DNA of 64,000 nt, from assembly GCF_004010195.1 (NCBI RefSeq), contig NC_057749.1, forward strand, positions 25,366,014 to 25,430,013, given 5' to 3'. The translations under genes and the position numbers were made by a program. Below are positions 12,051 through 24,244 of this stretch, piece by piece (position 1 is the stretch's first letter; every line of letters starts with the position of its first letter). Origin of the DNA: Chiloscyllium plagiosum (taxonomy: Eukaryota). The notes beneath the pieces were generated by a model that saw only the letters and a list, made by a program, of their open reading frames with translations, had not been told where the DNA came from and made no database searches.

Positions 12051-13019
12051 ATATCAATAAACAGACACTTGCATTTATATAGCACCGTTCATGACTTCTG
12101 GATGGCCCAGAAGTGTTTTACAGCTAATAAAGTAGTCACTGATGATGGAATGATGAGAGTATGGCAACACATTTGCAAACTGCAAGATCCCACAACCAGC
12201 AACATGACAAATGACCAGATTACACCTGTTCAGAGAAAAACATGAGAAAACCTCAGGAGATCGACAGTGTCTTTTCTTTACGAACGTGAGACCAATACTA
12301 ACTTAGGCAAAAGCTCTATTCTTCGAACAATGCTTTGAGATGAATCATGTCCATTTGTTTAATTATCTCAACTAACATGGCCAGAAGGCACAAGACATCA
12401 AGTTATAGTCCAACAGGTTTATTTGAAACTGCAAGCTTTAGGAGTGCTGCTGCTTCATCAGGTGAAGTGTGACGAAGGAGGAGCACTCTGAAAGTTTGTG
12501 ATTTCAAATAAACCTGTTGGACTATAATCTGTGTGACTTCTGACCTTGCCCGTCAAATTCCAACACCAGCACCTCTACATCATCTCAACCAACAAGACAG
12601 TGTAGCACCCCCTTAACACTGCAAGGGGAATCGACACCCTAGATATTGTACTCTGAAGCAAGTACAGAACATATTCCAACATTTGAGTTGACAGCACTGC
12701 CCCATTAAGACCCAGCTGAAATTCAGTAAACACAGACTGCAGTCTGCCGAGTTCATTCACAAATGGGTTTTGTATCAATCTCATTGATACAAAACAGCTC
12801 AACGCAGGATGCACTCCATCTGGAAGCGGGCCGGATACAATGTCTACACGACAAGGGTTGAGTTGGGTTGAGAATGAACGCCTGAAGGACAAGCATTCCT
12901 CTGCACTTGGAAATCTCCGCCCCCCCCCCCCCAGCATTTCGCAGCTCCTGAATGTGGAGTGCTCACTAGGATGGGGTTGCAAAATTCCTAAGCATGAACG
13001 GAAGTAACAATGCACGCAC

Positions 13020-13200
13020 CGAGAAGGGGGAAGCAAACTGACACAATTGCATTCAATGCAGAGTTTGCAATGCGGATGCACAGACCCCAGGCAACGCGAG
13101 TCGATTCCTTCCCTGTTAACGGCGTATTTCACTTCCTCTCAGGAAGTAACTTGGATCCTGTAGTCCCTACACTGCACTGACGTCAGTCTTAAAGGGGCAA
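13020..13200 (-). promoter_or_regulatory. Putative NEIL1 promoter / non-coding first exon
   Basis: Local CpG enrichment, inverted ETS pair ACTTCCT-ctc-AGGAAGT (13131-13147), TGTAGTCC motif (13159-13166), palindromic CRE ACTGACGTCAGT (13176-13187) and a candidate donor TCG|GTGCGT at 13019. The acceptor at 10061 requires an upstream exon. Confidence 0.5.
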
Positions 13201-13210
13201 GGTACATAGA

Positions 13211-13417
13211 TTTGGAGGAGCCGGTGTTGGACTGGGGTGGGCAAAGTTAAAAATCACACAACACCAGGTTATAGTCCAACAGGTTTGTTTGGAAGCACTA
13301 GCTTTCAGAGCGCTGCTCCTTTATCTGGTGAAGTCTGACAAAGGGGCAGCGCTCCGAAAGCTTGTGGTTTCAAATTAACCTGCTGGACGATAACCAGGTG
13401 TTGTGTGATTTTTAACA
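13211..13417. mobile_element. Family A palindromic Penelope-type insertion
   Basis: Head-to-head arms with 12-bp TSD AAGGTACATAGA (13199-13210, 13418-13429). Related copies near 8202, 8428, 12390, 24634, 27973, 35829, 36690 and 48604. Confidence 0.78.
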
Positions 13418-13424
13418 AAGGTAC

Positions 13425-14115
13425 ATAGAGTCATAGTGATGTACGGCACAGAAACAGACCCTTTGGTCCAACTTGTCCATGCCGACCAGATATCCTAACC
13501 TAATCTAATTCCATTTCCCAGCACTTGGCCCATTTCTCTCTAAATCAAGATTAGAGTGGTGCTGGAAAAGCACAGCAGGTCAGGCAGCATCCGAGGAGCA
13601 GAAAAAAAATCGACGTTTCCGGCAAAAGCCCTTCATCAGGATTCCTGCTGACCTGCTGTGCTTTTCCAGCACCACTCTAATCTTGACTCTAATCTCCAGC
13701 ATTTGCAGTACCCACCTCTGCCATATCCCTCCAAACCCTTCCTATTCACATACCCATCCTAATGCCTTTTAAATGTTGTAATTGCACCAGCCTCCACCAC
13801 TTCCTCTGGCAGCTTATTGCATACACACATCACACTCTGCGTGCCCATTAGATCCATTTAAAAATTTTCACCTTTCACCTTAAACCTATGCCCTGTAGTT
13901 CTGGACCCTCCCACCCAATGGAAAAGACTTTGTCTATTTATCCTATCCATGTCCCTCATGATTTAATAAACCTTTATAAGGTCACCCCTCAACCTCTGAC
14001 ACTTCTGGGAAAACACTCCCAGCCTATTCACCCTCTCCCGAGAGATCAAATCCTTCAACCCTGGCAACATATTTCTAAATCTTTCCTGAACCCTTTCAAG
14101 TTTCACAATGCCCTT
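13425..14115 (-). mobile_element. CR1/HER1 LINE 3' fragment
   Basis: Reverse-strand CR1 motifs, interrupted at 13543-13722. Confidence 0.83.
13543..13722. mobile_element. Family B palindromic Penelope-type insertion inside a CR1 fragment
   Basis: Inverted arms. Minus strand reads AATC-CTGATGA-A-GGGC-TTTT-GCCG-GAAAC-GTC-GATT (13643-13608). Confidence 0.75.
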
Positions 14116-14194
14116 CCAATATCTAGATTTTTGTTCAAATAAGTAAAAAAATATTTTTCTAATCAACTCATTCAGAGATGTTATTACACACCTC

Positions 14195-14992
14195 TCAGGT
14201 AGACAGTATAGCGAAGGCAGTTCTGAGGAAAGGTCACTGGACCCAAAACGTTAACTCTGATTTCTCTCCACGGATGCTGCCAGACCTGCTGAGCTTCTCC
14301 AGCAATTTCTGTTTTTGTTTCTGATTTACAACGTCCTCAGTTCTTGTAGTGACTGTGGCATTTGGCACACTTGCCTTTACTGGTCAATACATTGAGTATA
14401 GGAGCTGGGAGGTCATGTTGCAGCTGTGCAGGACATTGGTTAGGCCATTTGTGGAAGATGGTGTGCAATTCTGGTCTCCCTGCTTTAGGAAGGATGCTGT
14501 GAAATTTGAAAGGTTTCAGAAAAGATTTACAATGATGGTGCTAGGGTTGGAGGGTTTGAGCTAGAGGGAGAAGTTGAGTAGACTGGGACTATTTTCCCTG
14601 GAGTGTTGAGGCTGAGACGTCACGTTATAGAGATTCATAAAATCATGAGCGGCACAGATAGGGTGAATAGGCAAGATCTTTTCCGCAGGGTAAGGGAGTC
14701 CAAAATTAGAGGGCATAGGTTTAAAGTGAGAGGGGAAGGAATTAAAAAGGACTTAAGGGGCAACTTTTTCATGCAGGATGTGGTGTGTGTATGGAATGAA
14801 CTACCAGAGAAAGTGGTGGAGGCTGGTACAATGACTACATTTAAATGGCATCTGGATGGGTATATGAATAGGAAGGGTTTAGAGGGATATGGGCCAAATG
14901 TAGGCAAATGGGATGAGAAATCATTTAGGATATCTGGTCAGCATGTACATGTTGGACCAAAGGGTCTGTTTCCATGCTGTATAGCTCTATGA
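14195..14992 (+). mobile_element. CR1/HER1 LINE 3' fragment
   Basis: IEYRSWEVMLQL.RTLVRP...VQFWSP and downstream motifs. Confidence 0.85.
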
Positions 14993-15556
14993 CAGCTGGA
15001 GCAAGGACTTGAACCCAGGCCGCCTAGCTCAAAGGTAGAGACACTACCACTGCTCCACAAGAGCCCTTAGACCATAACATGCACTGTTGAGTTGCAATAG
15101 CAACATGTGTTCTTTTATACATGTGTTAGTCTGGATCTGTATTATGAACACAGCTGACCAGGAATCTCTCCAGCTCTTAATGCTAGGGGGTTGGGTAAAG
15201 GGCATGTTAACAGTAACGCTTAACCTTTTGGCTAGTTTATGAGCCTACCTTACTTACCCAACCAGAATGAGGATAGGGGTCAAACCCAGGGCCATGGGAA
15301 CTGTGTCACAAGGCCCCCTCATGACATTATTGTGTTATTCTTAAATAGCTTATTGTAATGGGAACATATATCCAGACAGAGAACTTCTTATGGCACAGTG
15401 GTAGTGTCTCTACCTCTGAACTAAGAGGCCCAGGTTTAATAACATCTATGAACACGTTGGTTAGAAAATATCTATATCCAGATTGGCCCATTTATTGCTA
15501 TACTGTATTTAGGTGCTGAGCAACAATGAAAAAGTTCACCAGCCAAAAAGACAGAC

Positions 15557-16015
15557 AGGAGAAAGTGAGGACTGCAGATGCTGGAGATCAGAGTCGAGAG
15601 TGTGTTGCTGGAAAAGCACAGGTCAGGCAGCATCCGAGGAGCAAGAGAATCAACCTTTTGGGCATAAGTCCTTCATCAGGAATGATGCTTGGGCAGAGAT
15701 GAGTTCAATGGGACAGGAGTAGGCTGAGACAATGGGTCAACTGGGGAAGTCAGGTTTATGAATCTCGGGTAGGAAATAGAATCGGGCGGTTTGAGGTTCA
15801 CGGACGATGATGCTGGAGGCTGTGGATGGGAGATCGCCTGAGGTGAGGATGGTCTGGGAGATGATGGTTTGCTGATGGGAGGCAAGGCCGTGGTTGTGGT
15901 CGAGGGGGCAGTAGGAGGAGGTGTCGGTGAGTTGGTGCCTGGCTTCAGCGGTGTTGAGGTTGGTGCGCTAAACTACCACTGCACCCCCTTGTCCGCTGGT
16001 TGGATGTGAGATTTG
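15557..16015 (-). mobile_element. Penelope fragment (family B terminus plus internal coding remnant)
   Basis: Same ggagaaagtgaggactgcagatgctgg terminus as 62915, followed by G-rich internal sequence. Confidence 0.65.
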
Positions 16016-16482
16016 GGTTGGAGCAGAGGAAGCTCCAGAAAGACAGTCCATGACACCCCAGAATTTTAAACCTAAATGTGTGATTATTTTGAATTGATGG
16101 GAACAAAAGTTTACTGTGTGGGCAAACTTTTTTTTTCTTTACTCATTCACAAAGTGTCACTGGCTAAGACAGCATTTAATGCCCATCCCTAATTGCCTCA
16201 GCGGGCAGTTAAGAGTCAAGCTGTGGGTCTCGAGTCACATGTAGGCCAGACCAGGTAAGGATAGCAGTTTCCTTCTCCAAAGAACATTAGTGAACCAGAT
16301 GGGTTTTTCTGATAACCAGTGATGGATTCATAGTGATCATCAGATTTGTTTGAATTAAATTCAAATTCCACAATCTGCCATGGTGGGAGTTGAACCAGGG
16401 TCCACGGAACATTACCTAGATTAGCTGACCTGCAACAATAGCACTAGGCCGTTGCCTCCCTTACTTATAGTGAGTGAGTGGT

Positions 16483-17869
16483 ACCTTGCTATCTTGCCAG
16501 ATAATCTGAAATTCAGATAACCGAATGCTGGATAATCGAGGCTCCTCTGTAAATGAAGAAGCAGGCTTGAGAGACCAAATGGCCTGCTCCTGCTTTTATG
16601 TTAAATTAGGTACAAATACTTCCATCATTTCCATATCGAATGACTGTATGCCGTCAGCCATTAACCCACAAAATTATGAACAAAGGTACACTTCAGTTCA
16701 GATAAACTTTAGATTTCATTTTCACAATTTTTAAGTTTACATTATGCAATTAGTTAAGCTCCCTTACCTATAGGAAGATGTGAACTTGTGTATTTTTACG
16801 AATATAGAAGGGTAGCATAATATTAAATAAGGAATCTGGAATTCTCACTCCCTTGGTGGACAATTTGTCAATTGGAGTGGTCACGATAAAAGTATTTTAG
16901 CTTGGGCAAGGTTATCTAGGGGTGTGGAGAAAAGGGGTTGCTGTTTAAACAGTGATTGGGGTTGCAAAGGTCTAAGATTGAAGATGAATCACCATGTGAA
17001 TACACTATTGCAATGTAGAAGATGCGGCAGCCAATTTGCAAGCAAAGTGATCATTGTTATTTCAGGTTATGGTTCCTCATGTTGCAGCGGCATCAAACCT
17101 GATGATGCCTTTGGGGGCAGGAGAAGCAGTCTAGCACCATGTCCCAAAAGAGACAGAAGTATTATCTCTGACTCCTGCTTGTTACTGGTTCACTGGCCAG
17201 ATGGATGCTTTCCTGCTGGCGGAAATATTGAATAAAGTCTTTACTGAGTCACTGCACAGACACACACACAGACAACAATAGATATAAACAAGGGATCCAA
17301 AATGTTCTCAGTTTGGCAAAATAAGGCGGCAGGTCCAGGCAGCAGGCTGTAGAGGGAGTCATGGTGACTGACTGACTGCCCCCTCTACATCCACACCGTT
17401 GGGATTCTATGATTAGATTTGCGGACACTAAAAGTACTGACCGATGAGGGGATAGGGTGAGACAATGCAGTTTGAGATTAAGATCAGCCAGGATCTAATT
17501 ACAGAGGAGCCTTGATTATCTGAACAATACGGGCAAGGGACTATTTTGTTTGGATAATCAAATGTCCGATAACAGTTTAGCCAAGCATCGGGACCTTGCT
17601 ATCTTGCCAGATAATCTGAAATTCGGATAACCGAATGCTGGGTAATCGAGGCTCCTCTGTAAATGATGAAGCAGGCTCGAGAGACCAATGGCCTGCTCCT
17701 GCTTTTATGTTAAATTAGGTACAAATACTTCCATCGTTTCCATATCGAATGACTGTATGCCTTCAGCCATTAACCCACAAAATTATGAACAAAGGTACAC
17801 TTCAGTTCAGATAAAAATTGTGAAAATGAAATCTAAAGTTTAAGTTTACATTATGCAATTAGTTAAGCT
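16483..17869. repeat. Local direct duplication (16483-16760 / 17593-17869) with internal micro-inversion
   Basis: Direct alignment by eye shows few substitutions and an inverted 23-bp core. Confidence 0.92.
17502..17659. mobile_element. Tc1/mariner-superfamily (Tigger/pogo-like) MITE
   Basis: TIRs CAGAGGAGCCTTGATTA / TAATCGAGGCTCCTCTG flanked by TA, inserted in a LINE tail. Confidence 0.8.
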
Positions 17870-18075
17870 GGACAGTACTTATTTCAGGCCCCAGATTGCA
17901 TGTCAAAACCGGAAAGAAACTTTAATCTCACTGCTTCAACCCAAAACAAATCTCTACATCATATATAAACCAATGAGAAAATGAGTATTTGGAAAGGTCT
18001 GCGACTGTGACCAAAGGTATATACACTCATTACATAAACTGGGCACCAACACAAACCAGTCTCAATACTGAATTG

Positions 18076-18081
18076 TTTATT
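18076..18081 (-). terminator. Candidate COMMD4 polyadenylation signal
   Basis: AATAAA on the minus strand followed by a GT-rich tract (ctggtttgtgttggtg). Alternative hexamers at 18227-18232 and near 19377. Confidence 0.3.
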
Positions 18082-20202
18082 GTCCCTGATTAAGTAAAGG
18101 TACAATGTCATTTTGCTATATTGTCACACGGGTTTCTTCAGGAAGCAGAATATAATATTACAAACTGAAATTAAATCATATACTTTCAAATTTAACTATT
18201 TTTCCCCCAAATGTTTCTTTTGTAACTTTATTAGGCATATACATGTAAACAATGACCCACAACACCTATATGTTGTGGGTGGAATGGACACGCTCATTAT
18301 CATTTCTGATGTTGAGAGCTAAGTTAAGGTTACAAACAGCACAAAATCTTGGGGGTACAGAAAACTCAATGCAACAATTCTCCAATTTATCAGGTACATT
18401 TTCCCTGAAATTCACTGGCAAGTCTCCCCTTCTGATTGTCCCTGCATCAGACTGCCTTTCAAGATTTGATGTGGTGGCCCCAATGATTCCAAGCTGATCT
18501 CCAAGTGTGGTGGAAAATGATGCTTTTTCTTTATTTATTTGCGATGTAAAATGTAGACTCTGCCCTCTGGTGTCATAAAGTCAAAGTCAGCAAAGCGATA
18601 CACCAAGAGTACTGGAAAAACCTATGCTCTGTCGTGAAGAAAACGCAACATTCTTCCAAACCCAACTCTGTGACGCCAGCTGGATCCGATTTTACTTTGG
18701 AGAGAATCCTCCTCAAATAATTCGGATGAATCTTTCTGCTCATCAATGTGGGAGTGAGAACTGGGATGTTCTATTATCATCAGCTGGGGTGCAGGGGTTT
18801 CTTTCATAAGTAGGTGATGTTTCAACATTCCTGCAAACTCGTTAGACTCAGCCATACAATGTGGGAAAAGGGCAGAGAGCAATTTACACACTGTCTTGAC
18901 CAGCCTTAGCTGCTTCGGAAAATCAATGTGGTCAGCTAATGTGTCGCGACAAATGGAAACAGTCACTAGCTTTTCTAAATATGGTTCTTCCCACAGTTTA
19001 TGCTTGTTTTTTTTTTCCCCTGGGCTAACTTACTCTGAGTTACCACAATGGTTAGACAGAAACATGGGACTTGGAATCTACTTCCAAGCTAATTCACAAA
19101 CCAGAGGCATAATGTCAAACAGCCAGAATCAAACACCTTGATCCTTCGAGAGTACACCGGCTTCAAGTTTACTGTTTTCTTAATTTGCTTGGTCTTATTT
19201 CTTTCTCAAATGCTTCAACTGGAGGTCAGACCCGGTCCCTCATTTGTCCATGTATCTGCATGTCCCAAAGTGATTTGTGACTGAAGTGACCTGGTTTTAT
19301 GATCCAGTTAGATCCAGCTTCACGTGAATGTCAAAATGGACTTAGTGGACAGAGACATGTGCACAAACCTCCACCTTTTATTAACTACAAAGAGTCGGGT
19401 GGACAAATAGAATAATCTGGCATCACGAAATTGATCGGTGCTCTTGATTAGTTTCAAAATCTCAAGAATAATACTCGTCAGCGGACAAAGAGGCCACTTC
19501 CACTGTTCCATTTCCCCACACGTTCATGAAATGAACTGACTTTTCCATTGCTTGTACCAGGGCCTGCAGCCTGATAAGACATAAATCAGAACTGTTCAAT
19601 TCTCAACATCATAAATAAACGGAATGTGTGAAGATGTGCAACTTAATATCCCCAGCAATCTTGCTGAGAGGAGACGTTCACCGGTGTTTTTTAAGTTGGG
19701 TTTAAGTCAAGATCACAGAAAATGGAGGCGAAAACGTTTCAATCCACTGCACCTTAATTGGTCAATCTCACACAAACTTCAGTCAGATCAGCCAACTAAA
19801 GCGGCCCAAAAAAGCGACTCAATTGGCTGTGAACAGCCATTAATTTCTCATTGACGTTTCTCAGTGATAGTTCTGTTTGTGTCATTGATAGTCTCAAGAT
19901 ATTGTCGTGCTGAAGAAGCTAAACCATTACAAACAGAGTCATCCTCTAGCAAGTGCTTCATCCAGACTTGAATTCAGGTTCCGAACACAACCACCTTTCT
20001 GGCGATGTTTGCAGGAATTACTAAATCAAACGTTTAAATACCATGTGATCCACAACCTGATGAACCTTCTCAACAGAGCGCAAACAAGAGTCATTGTTCA
20101 TTTTGTTTAAATATATCAGCTTATCCACCTCTGTCTCTCCAGTTTCCTGTAAATCCAGCAAGCCCACAGCTACTACAGAAGTTGATCAATGTATAACATT
20201 GT

Positions 20203-20243
20203 TTAATTCAAAGAATTCATCAATACTTGTGCTTGTTTGAGTT
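20203..20243 (-). CDS. COMMD4: COMMD4 terminal coding exon
   Basis: 41 nt, ELKQAQVLMNSLN-stop(TAA), after acceptor ctttcctgctcag. Phase matches exon 7. Confidence 0.92.
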
Positions 20244-20758
20244 CTGAGCAGGAAAGAAGATAAAAAGAAACCATCAGCCATAATCAAATCTACTAACAAC
20301 GTGCATTTATATATTGCCTATCACAGATTCTAAGCTACCCCACAAGATGTAATCAGAGATTGACATCGAAGCCTAAACATAGCTGACCTAAAGCTTGGTG
20401 GAAGAGGTAGGTTTTAAGGAGAATCATGTTGGAGATGAGAGAGATGGAGAGGCAAGGACAATCGTGGGAGTAATTTCAGAGCTTAGGAACCCGGTGGCTC
20501 AAGGCATACCGCCAACTGTGTGCCAAAGGAAATCATAGCTCTATAGAACATAGATACAGCCCTTTGGTTCAACTAGTCTGTGGATGCACAAGACGACGGT
20601 TTTGGTGGGACCTAATCTAAAAAAAAAGTGTACCCACAGGTTACAGAGATAGTGAGGGAGGCAGGCCATGGAGGGATTTGAGAAAAGAGAGGATTAGAAC
20701 GTTAAAGGCAGACATTAAATATCTGCACAATACCAATCAAATGGCCAGAGTAGAAGAT

Positions 20759-20979
20759 CAACTAGGAGAAAGTGAGGACTGCAGATGCTGGAGAGCAGAG
20801 CTGAAAAACGTGTTGCTGGAAAAGCGCAGCAGGTCAGGCAGCATCCAAGGAGCAGGAGAATCGACGTTTCGGGCATAAGCCCTCCTTCATTCCTGAAGAA
20901 GGGCTTATGCCCGAAACGTCAATTCTCTTGCTCCTTGGATGCTGCCTGACCTGCTGCGCTTTTCCAGCCACACATTTCT
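20759..20979. mobile_element. Family B palindromic Penelope-type insertion in the last COMMD4 intron
   Basis: Inverted arms of about 95 nt with 13-bp TSD CAGAGTAGAAGAT. Plus-strand core CTGAAGA...GAAACGTC at 20893-20920. Confidence 0.8.
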
Positions 20980-21132
20980 CAGAGTAGAAGATGCAAAGCG
21001 GATGCATTTGTGAGACACAGTGTAATCAGTCAAAGCAAGTAAAGATTTTACACAACTTGAAAATGGGTTTAGTTACATTTCTAAATCACACTCCACCCCC
21101 TCCACCAACAATGTGTCTTAGGCTTGGCCTAC

Positions 21133-21309
21133 CAGTGAGTAAGACTCGGAACTTGTTTGCTGAAACGGAAATGACTGTGGGCTCCACAGCGCCCGTGTCT
21201 ACATTCCGAACATTAATCTTCAGCTGAACGACAGGTTCATTTACTTCCTTCAGCTCACTGGAACTCAGCGTGTAGTCCACTCTCCATGACACCGAGTCTA
21301 GTTTGTTCA
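21133..21309 (-). CDS. COMMD4: COMMD4 exon 7 (COMM domain)
   Basis: 177 nt, NKLDSVSWRVDYTLSSSELKEVNEPVVQL..., containing the COMM-domain WRVD...P motif. Bounded by gtatag| and |gtaggc. Confidence 0.95.
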
Positions 21310-21828
21310 CTATACACAGAGCACAAGGCTAGTCAGGGTCACACAGTTTAAAACAGGGAAGGAAAATTAAAATCATTGAAACCCTATAGTGTGGAAGCAG
21401 GCCTTTCGACCCATCAAGTCCACACTGACCTCCCCCTCCCCAAAGAGCTGCCCATCTCTGTAACCTTGCATTTCCCAAGGCTAACCTACCAAACCTATAC
21501 ATCCCTGGATACTATGGGCAATTTAGCATGGTCAATCCACCTAACCTGCACATCTTAGGACTGTAGGAGGAAACCAGAGCACTCGGAGGAAACCCACACA
21601 GATATGGGGGGAATGTGCAAACCCTACAACAGACAGTTGCCCGAGGGTGGAATTGAACCCGGATTCCTGGCGCTGTAAGGCAGCAGTGCTAACCACTGAG
21701 CCACTGTGGTGCCCTACACACTCCCTCAAGTTTTGTTATGTTTGGCAACAGCTCATTCACATTGCATTAAACTGGAGTGAGTCCCTATAAGTTATCATTA
21801 AACCTCAAGAAAGGATAATGCCACTTAC

Positions 21829-21909
21829 ATCTGAGGCTACTCTCCTTTAATCTGTCCTGAAGGGCAGTCTGTTTGTCTTCATAAGATTTACAGAGTGCAG
21901 AGGTGTGTT
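21829..21909 (-). CDS. COMMD4: COMMD4 exon 6
   Basis: 81 nt, HTSALCKSYEDKQTALQDRLKESSLR, bounded by tttcag| and |gtaagt. Confidence 0.94.
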
Positions 21910-24244
21910 CTGAAAGGTTAAGCATGAGATGCAGTTAAGGAGGTAAGTTAAGAGTCAATATCAAAGGTTATTTAGAAAGGAGGGTGTAATTTTCACATCG
22001 AGAACATTCTTTTCAAAGTGCACAGGCAAGAAAAAAATCAAAACATATTACATTCATGAAAACTTTATAACAAAAAAACATTTTTGCAAGGCCAGGTTTG
22101 AAACTGCTGTTAACTAATGGCTGATCATTGCTGTGAAGGGGAAAGAAAAATAGTTGGAAGCTATTAACAGGTCAGCTTGCAAACGGAAAGACAGCTTATA
22201 ATATTTCATGTTTTTAACTGCATGTGCAAATCTCTTCAAGGGCCTCATCCCTGTACTTTAACACTATAATCTCCTCCAGTTTTACAATTACACTCTTGGC
22301 TTTTCTGACTGTAGTCTTCCTGTTCATCACCTACTCTCCCTCAATCAAAGAAGTCCTACAGTGTGGATCCAGGCTATTCAGCCCCTCCAAGGAGCATCCC
22401 ACCCTGACCCACCATCCTAACGCTGTAACCCTTCATGTCCCATGGCTAACCCACCTAGCCTACACATCCCTGGACACTATGGGCAATTGCCCATGCACTT
22501 AAAGTGCACATCTTTGGACTGTGGGTTGAAATGGAGCAGCTGGAGGAAACACACAGAGACGGGGAGAACTTGCAAACGCCACACGGACAGTCACCCGAGG
22601 TTGGAATCGAACCCAGGTCCCTGGTGCTGAGAGGCAGCAATGCTAACTATGGAGCCACCATGTCATTCCTCAGTCCCATCGCTGGTAAAAACGCCTTCAG
22701 CAGTTTAACTCCAAGAGCTGTATTTCATACCCTCTCTATCTCTCCACACCTCCCTCTTCTGCTTGAAGTTTCCTTTTAAAAGGCAACAATCTTTTGGTTC
22801 TCCTCTCTAATGGCTCCGTGCTTTGGATTAAAGTTGTCTGATGCCTCTAATACACCTTATAATAGATTTGTATAGTATAGACAAAGGCAACTTACTGACT
22901 GTTCTAGAGGCATTCAAAAAAAAATTTGGAAGTGGGAGAATCAAAGGACATAATCAATATAAGGTTAAATAATAGTACAATTATCAAATAACATTAAATC
23001 AAATCAAGTAACATCAGTGTTACGCAATAGACCTACATAAAAAACCTTGTCGTTTATACAAATAATGGAGGCAAAAAGACATGTAGGGAAACGTACAATA
23101 AGAAAAAGGTGAAAATAACAGAACAAGTCCATACAGCAACACTAAAGACAAAACAATTAGCAAGATAATCATGCGAGATAAAACACCAGTTGAAGTTACA
23201 ATGAAGGACTCTACTTCTCAACCTCTCCTTCCCGAGGCGTGCTGACCCTCAGATTAAACCACCACCAGTCGTCTCTCTCCAAACAGCAGTCTGGTCTATG
23301 GTGACTTGACTTTTACCTTTCAATTATAAAAATTGCTTTGGTCAGACTGAAAGCTCAAGGAGCACAAGTTGCACACCTTGACGGAAAAAGTAAGCAGCGG
23401 TCCAAAGTAATTTCTTGGAATGATTAGGGTCCATTTAGGGCAGCAAGGTGGCTCAGTGTTAACACTGCTGCCTCACAGTACCAAGGAGCTGGGTTCAATT
23501 CCACCCTCAGGTGACCGTCTGTGTGGAGCTTTCACATTCTCCCAGTGTCTGCACAAATTTTTTCCCACAATGCAAAGATGCACAGGTTAGTTGGATTGGC
23601 CATGGGACATGCAGAATAAGGGGGATGGGGTGGGTCTGGGTGGGAGCTCTTTGGTGGGTGGGTGTGGACTCGATGGGCCAAATGGCCTGCTTCCACTGTC
23701 TAGGGATTCTACAAACAATAGGGCAGCTTTATCACCAAGTGATAAAGGATGATTGGTGGTGGTTTAACCTGAGGGTCACTATGTCCTCAGGAAAGGGGAG
23801 AAGAGGAGGAGAGTACTTCATGGTAACCTCAGCAGCTGTGGGAATTGAACCCACGCTATTGATGTCACCCTTCATCTCAAACCAGCCATCCAGACAATTC
23901 AGCTAATCAATCCTGTAAGTTGAGAAGTGTACATATGTGGTGTTACATGAAATTACAGACATAGACACAGGCTATTCAGCCAAACTCATCCAGGCAACGC
24001 ACAAGCCTTCACCCATCCCTTGGTTATTTCACTCCATCTTTTCTCTTCCTCATGCATTTATCGAGCTTCCTTGTGAATGGCACCTGCATTATTCACCTTG
24101 ATCAGTACATTCTGCATTATAATCACTCTTCACAAAGAGGGTTACCATGAACTTCCTCTAGGATTTCTTTGTCGGCAATTGCTAAGTCAGGATTTAAACA
24201 ATGACAAAACGTTGTTATTATTGCTTCAGGTAGACCAACAATAC

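Noticed and set aside
12575-13132. 185-aa ORF at the putative NEIL1 promoter
   Set aside because: Non-ATG start, no recognisable domain, and it ends in repeat sequence.
20203-21309. In-frame COMMD4-NEIL1 fusion by read-through splicing
   Set aside because: COMMD4 exon 7 ends in phase 1, and joining it to the NEIL1 acceptor at 10060 is out of frame.
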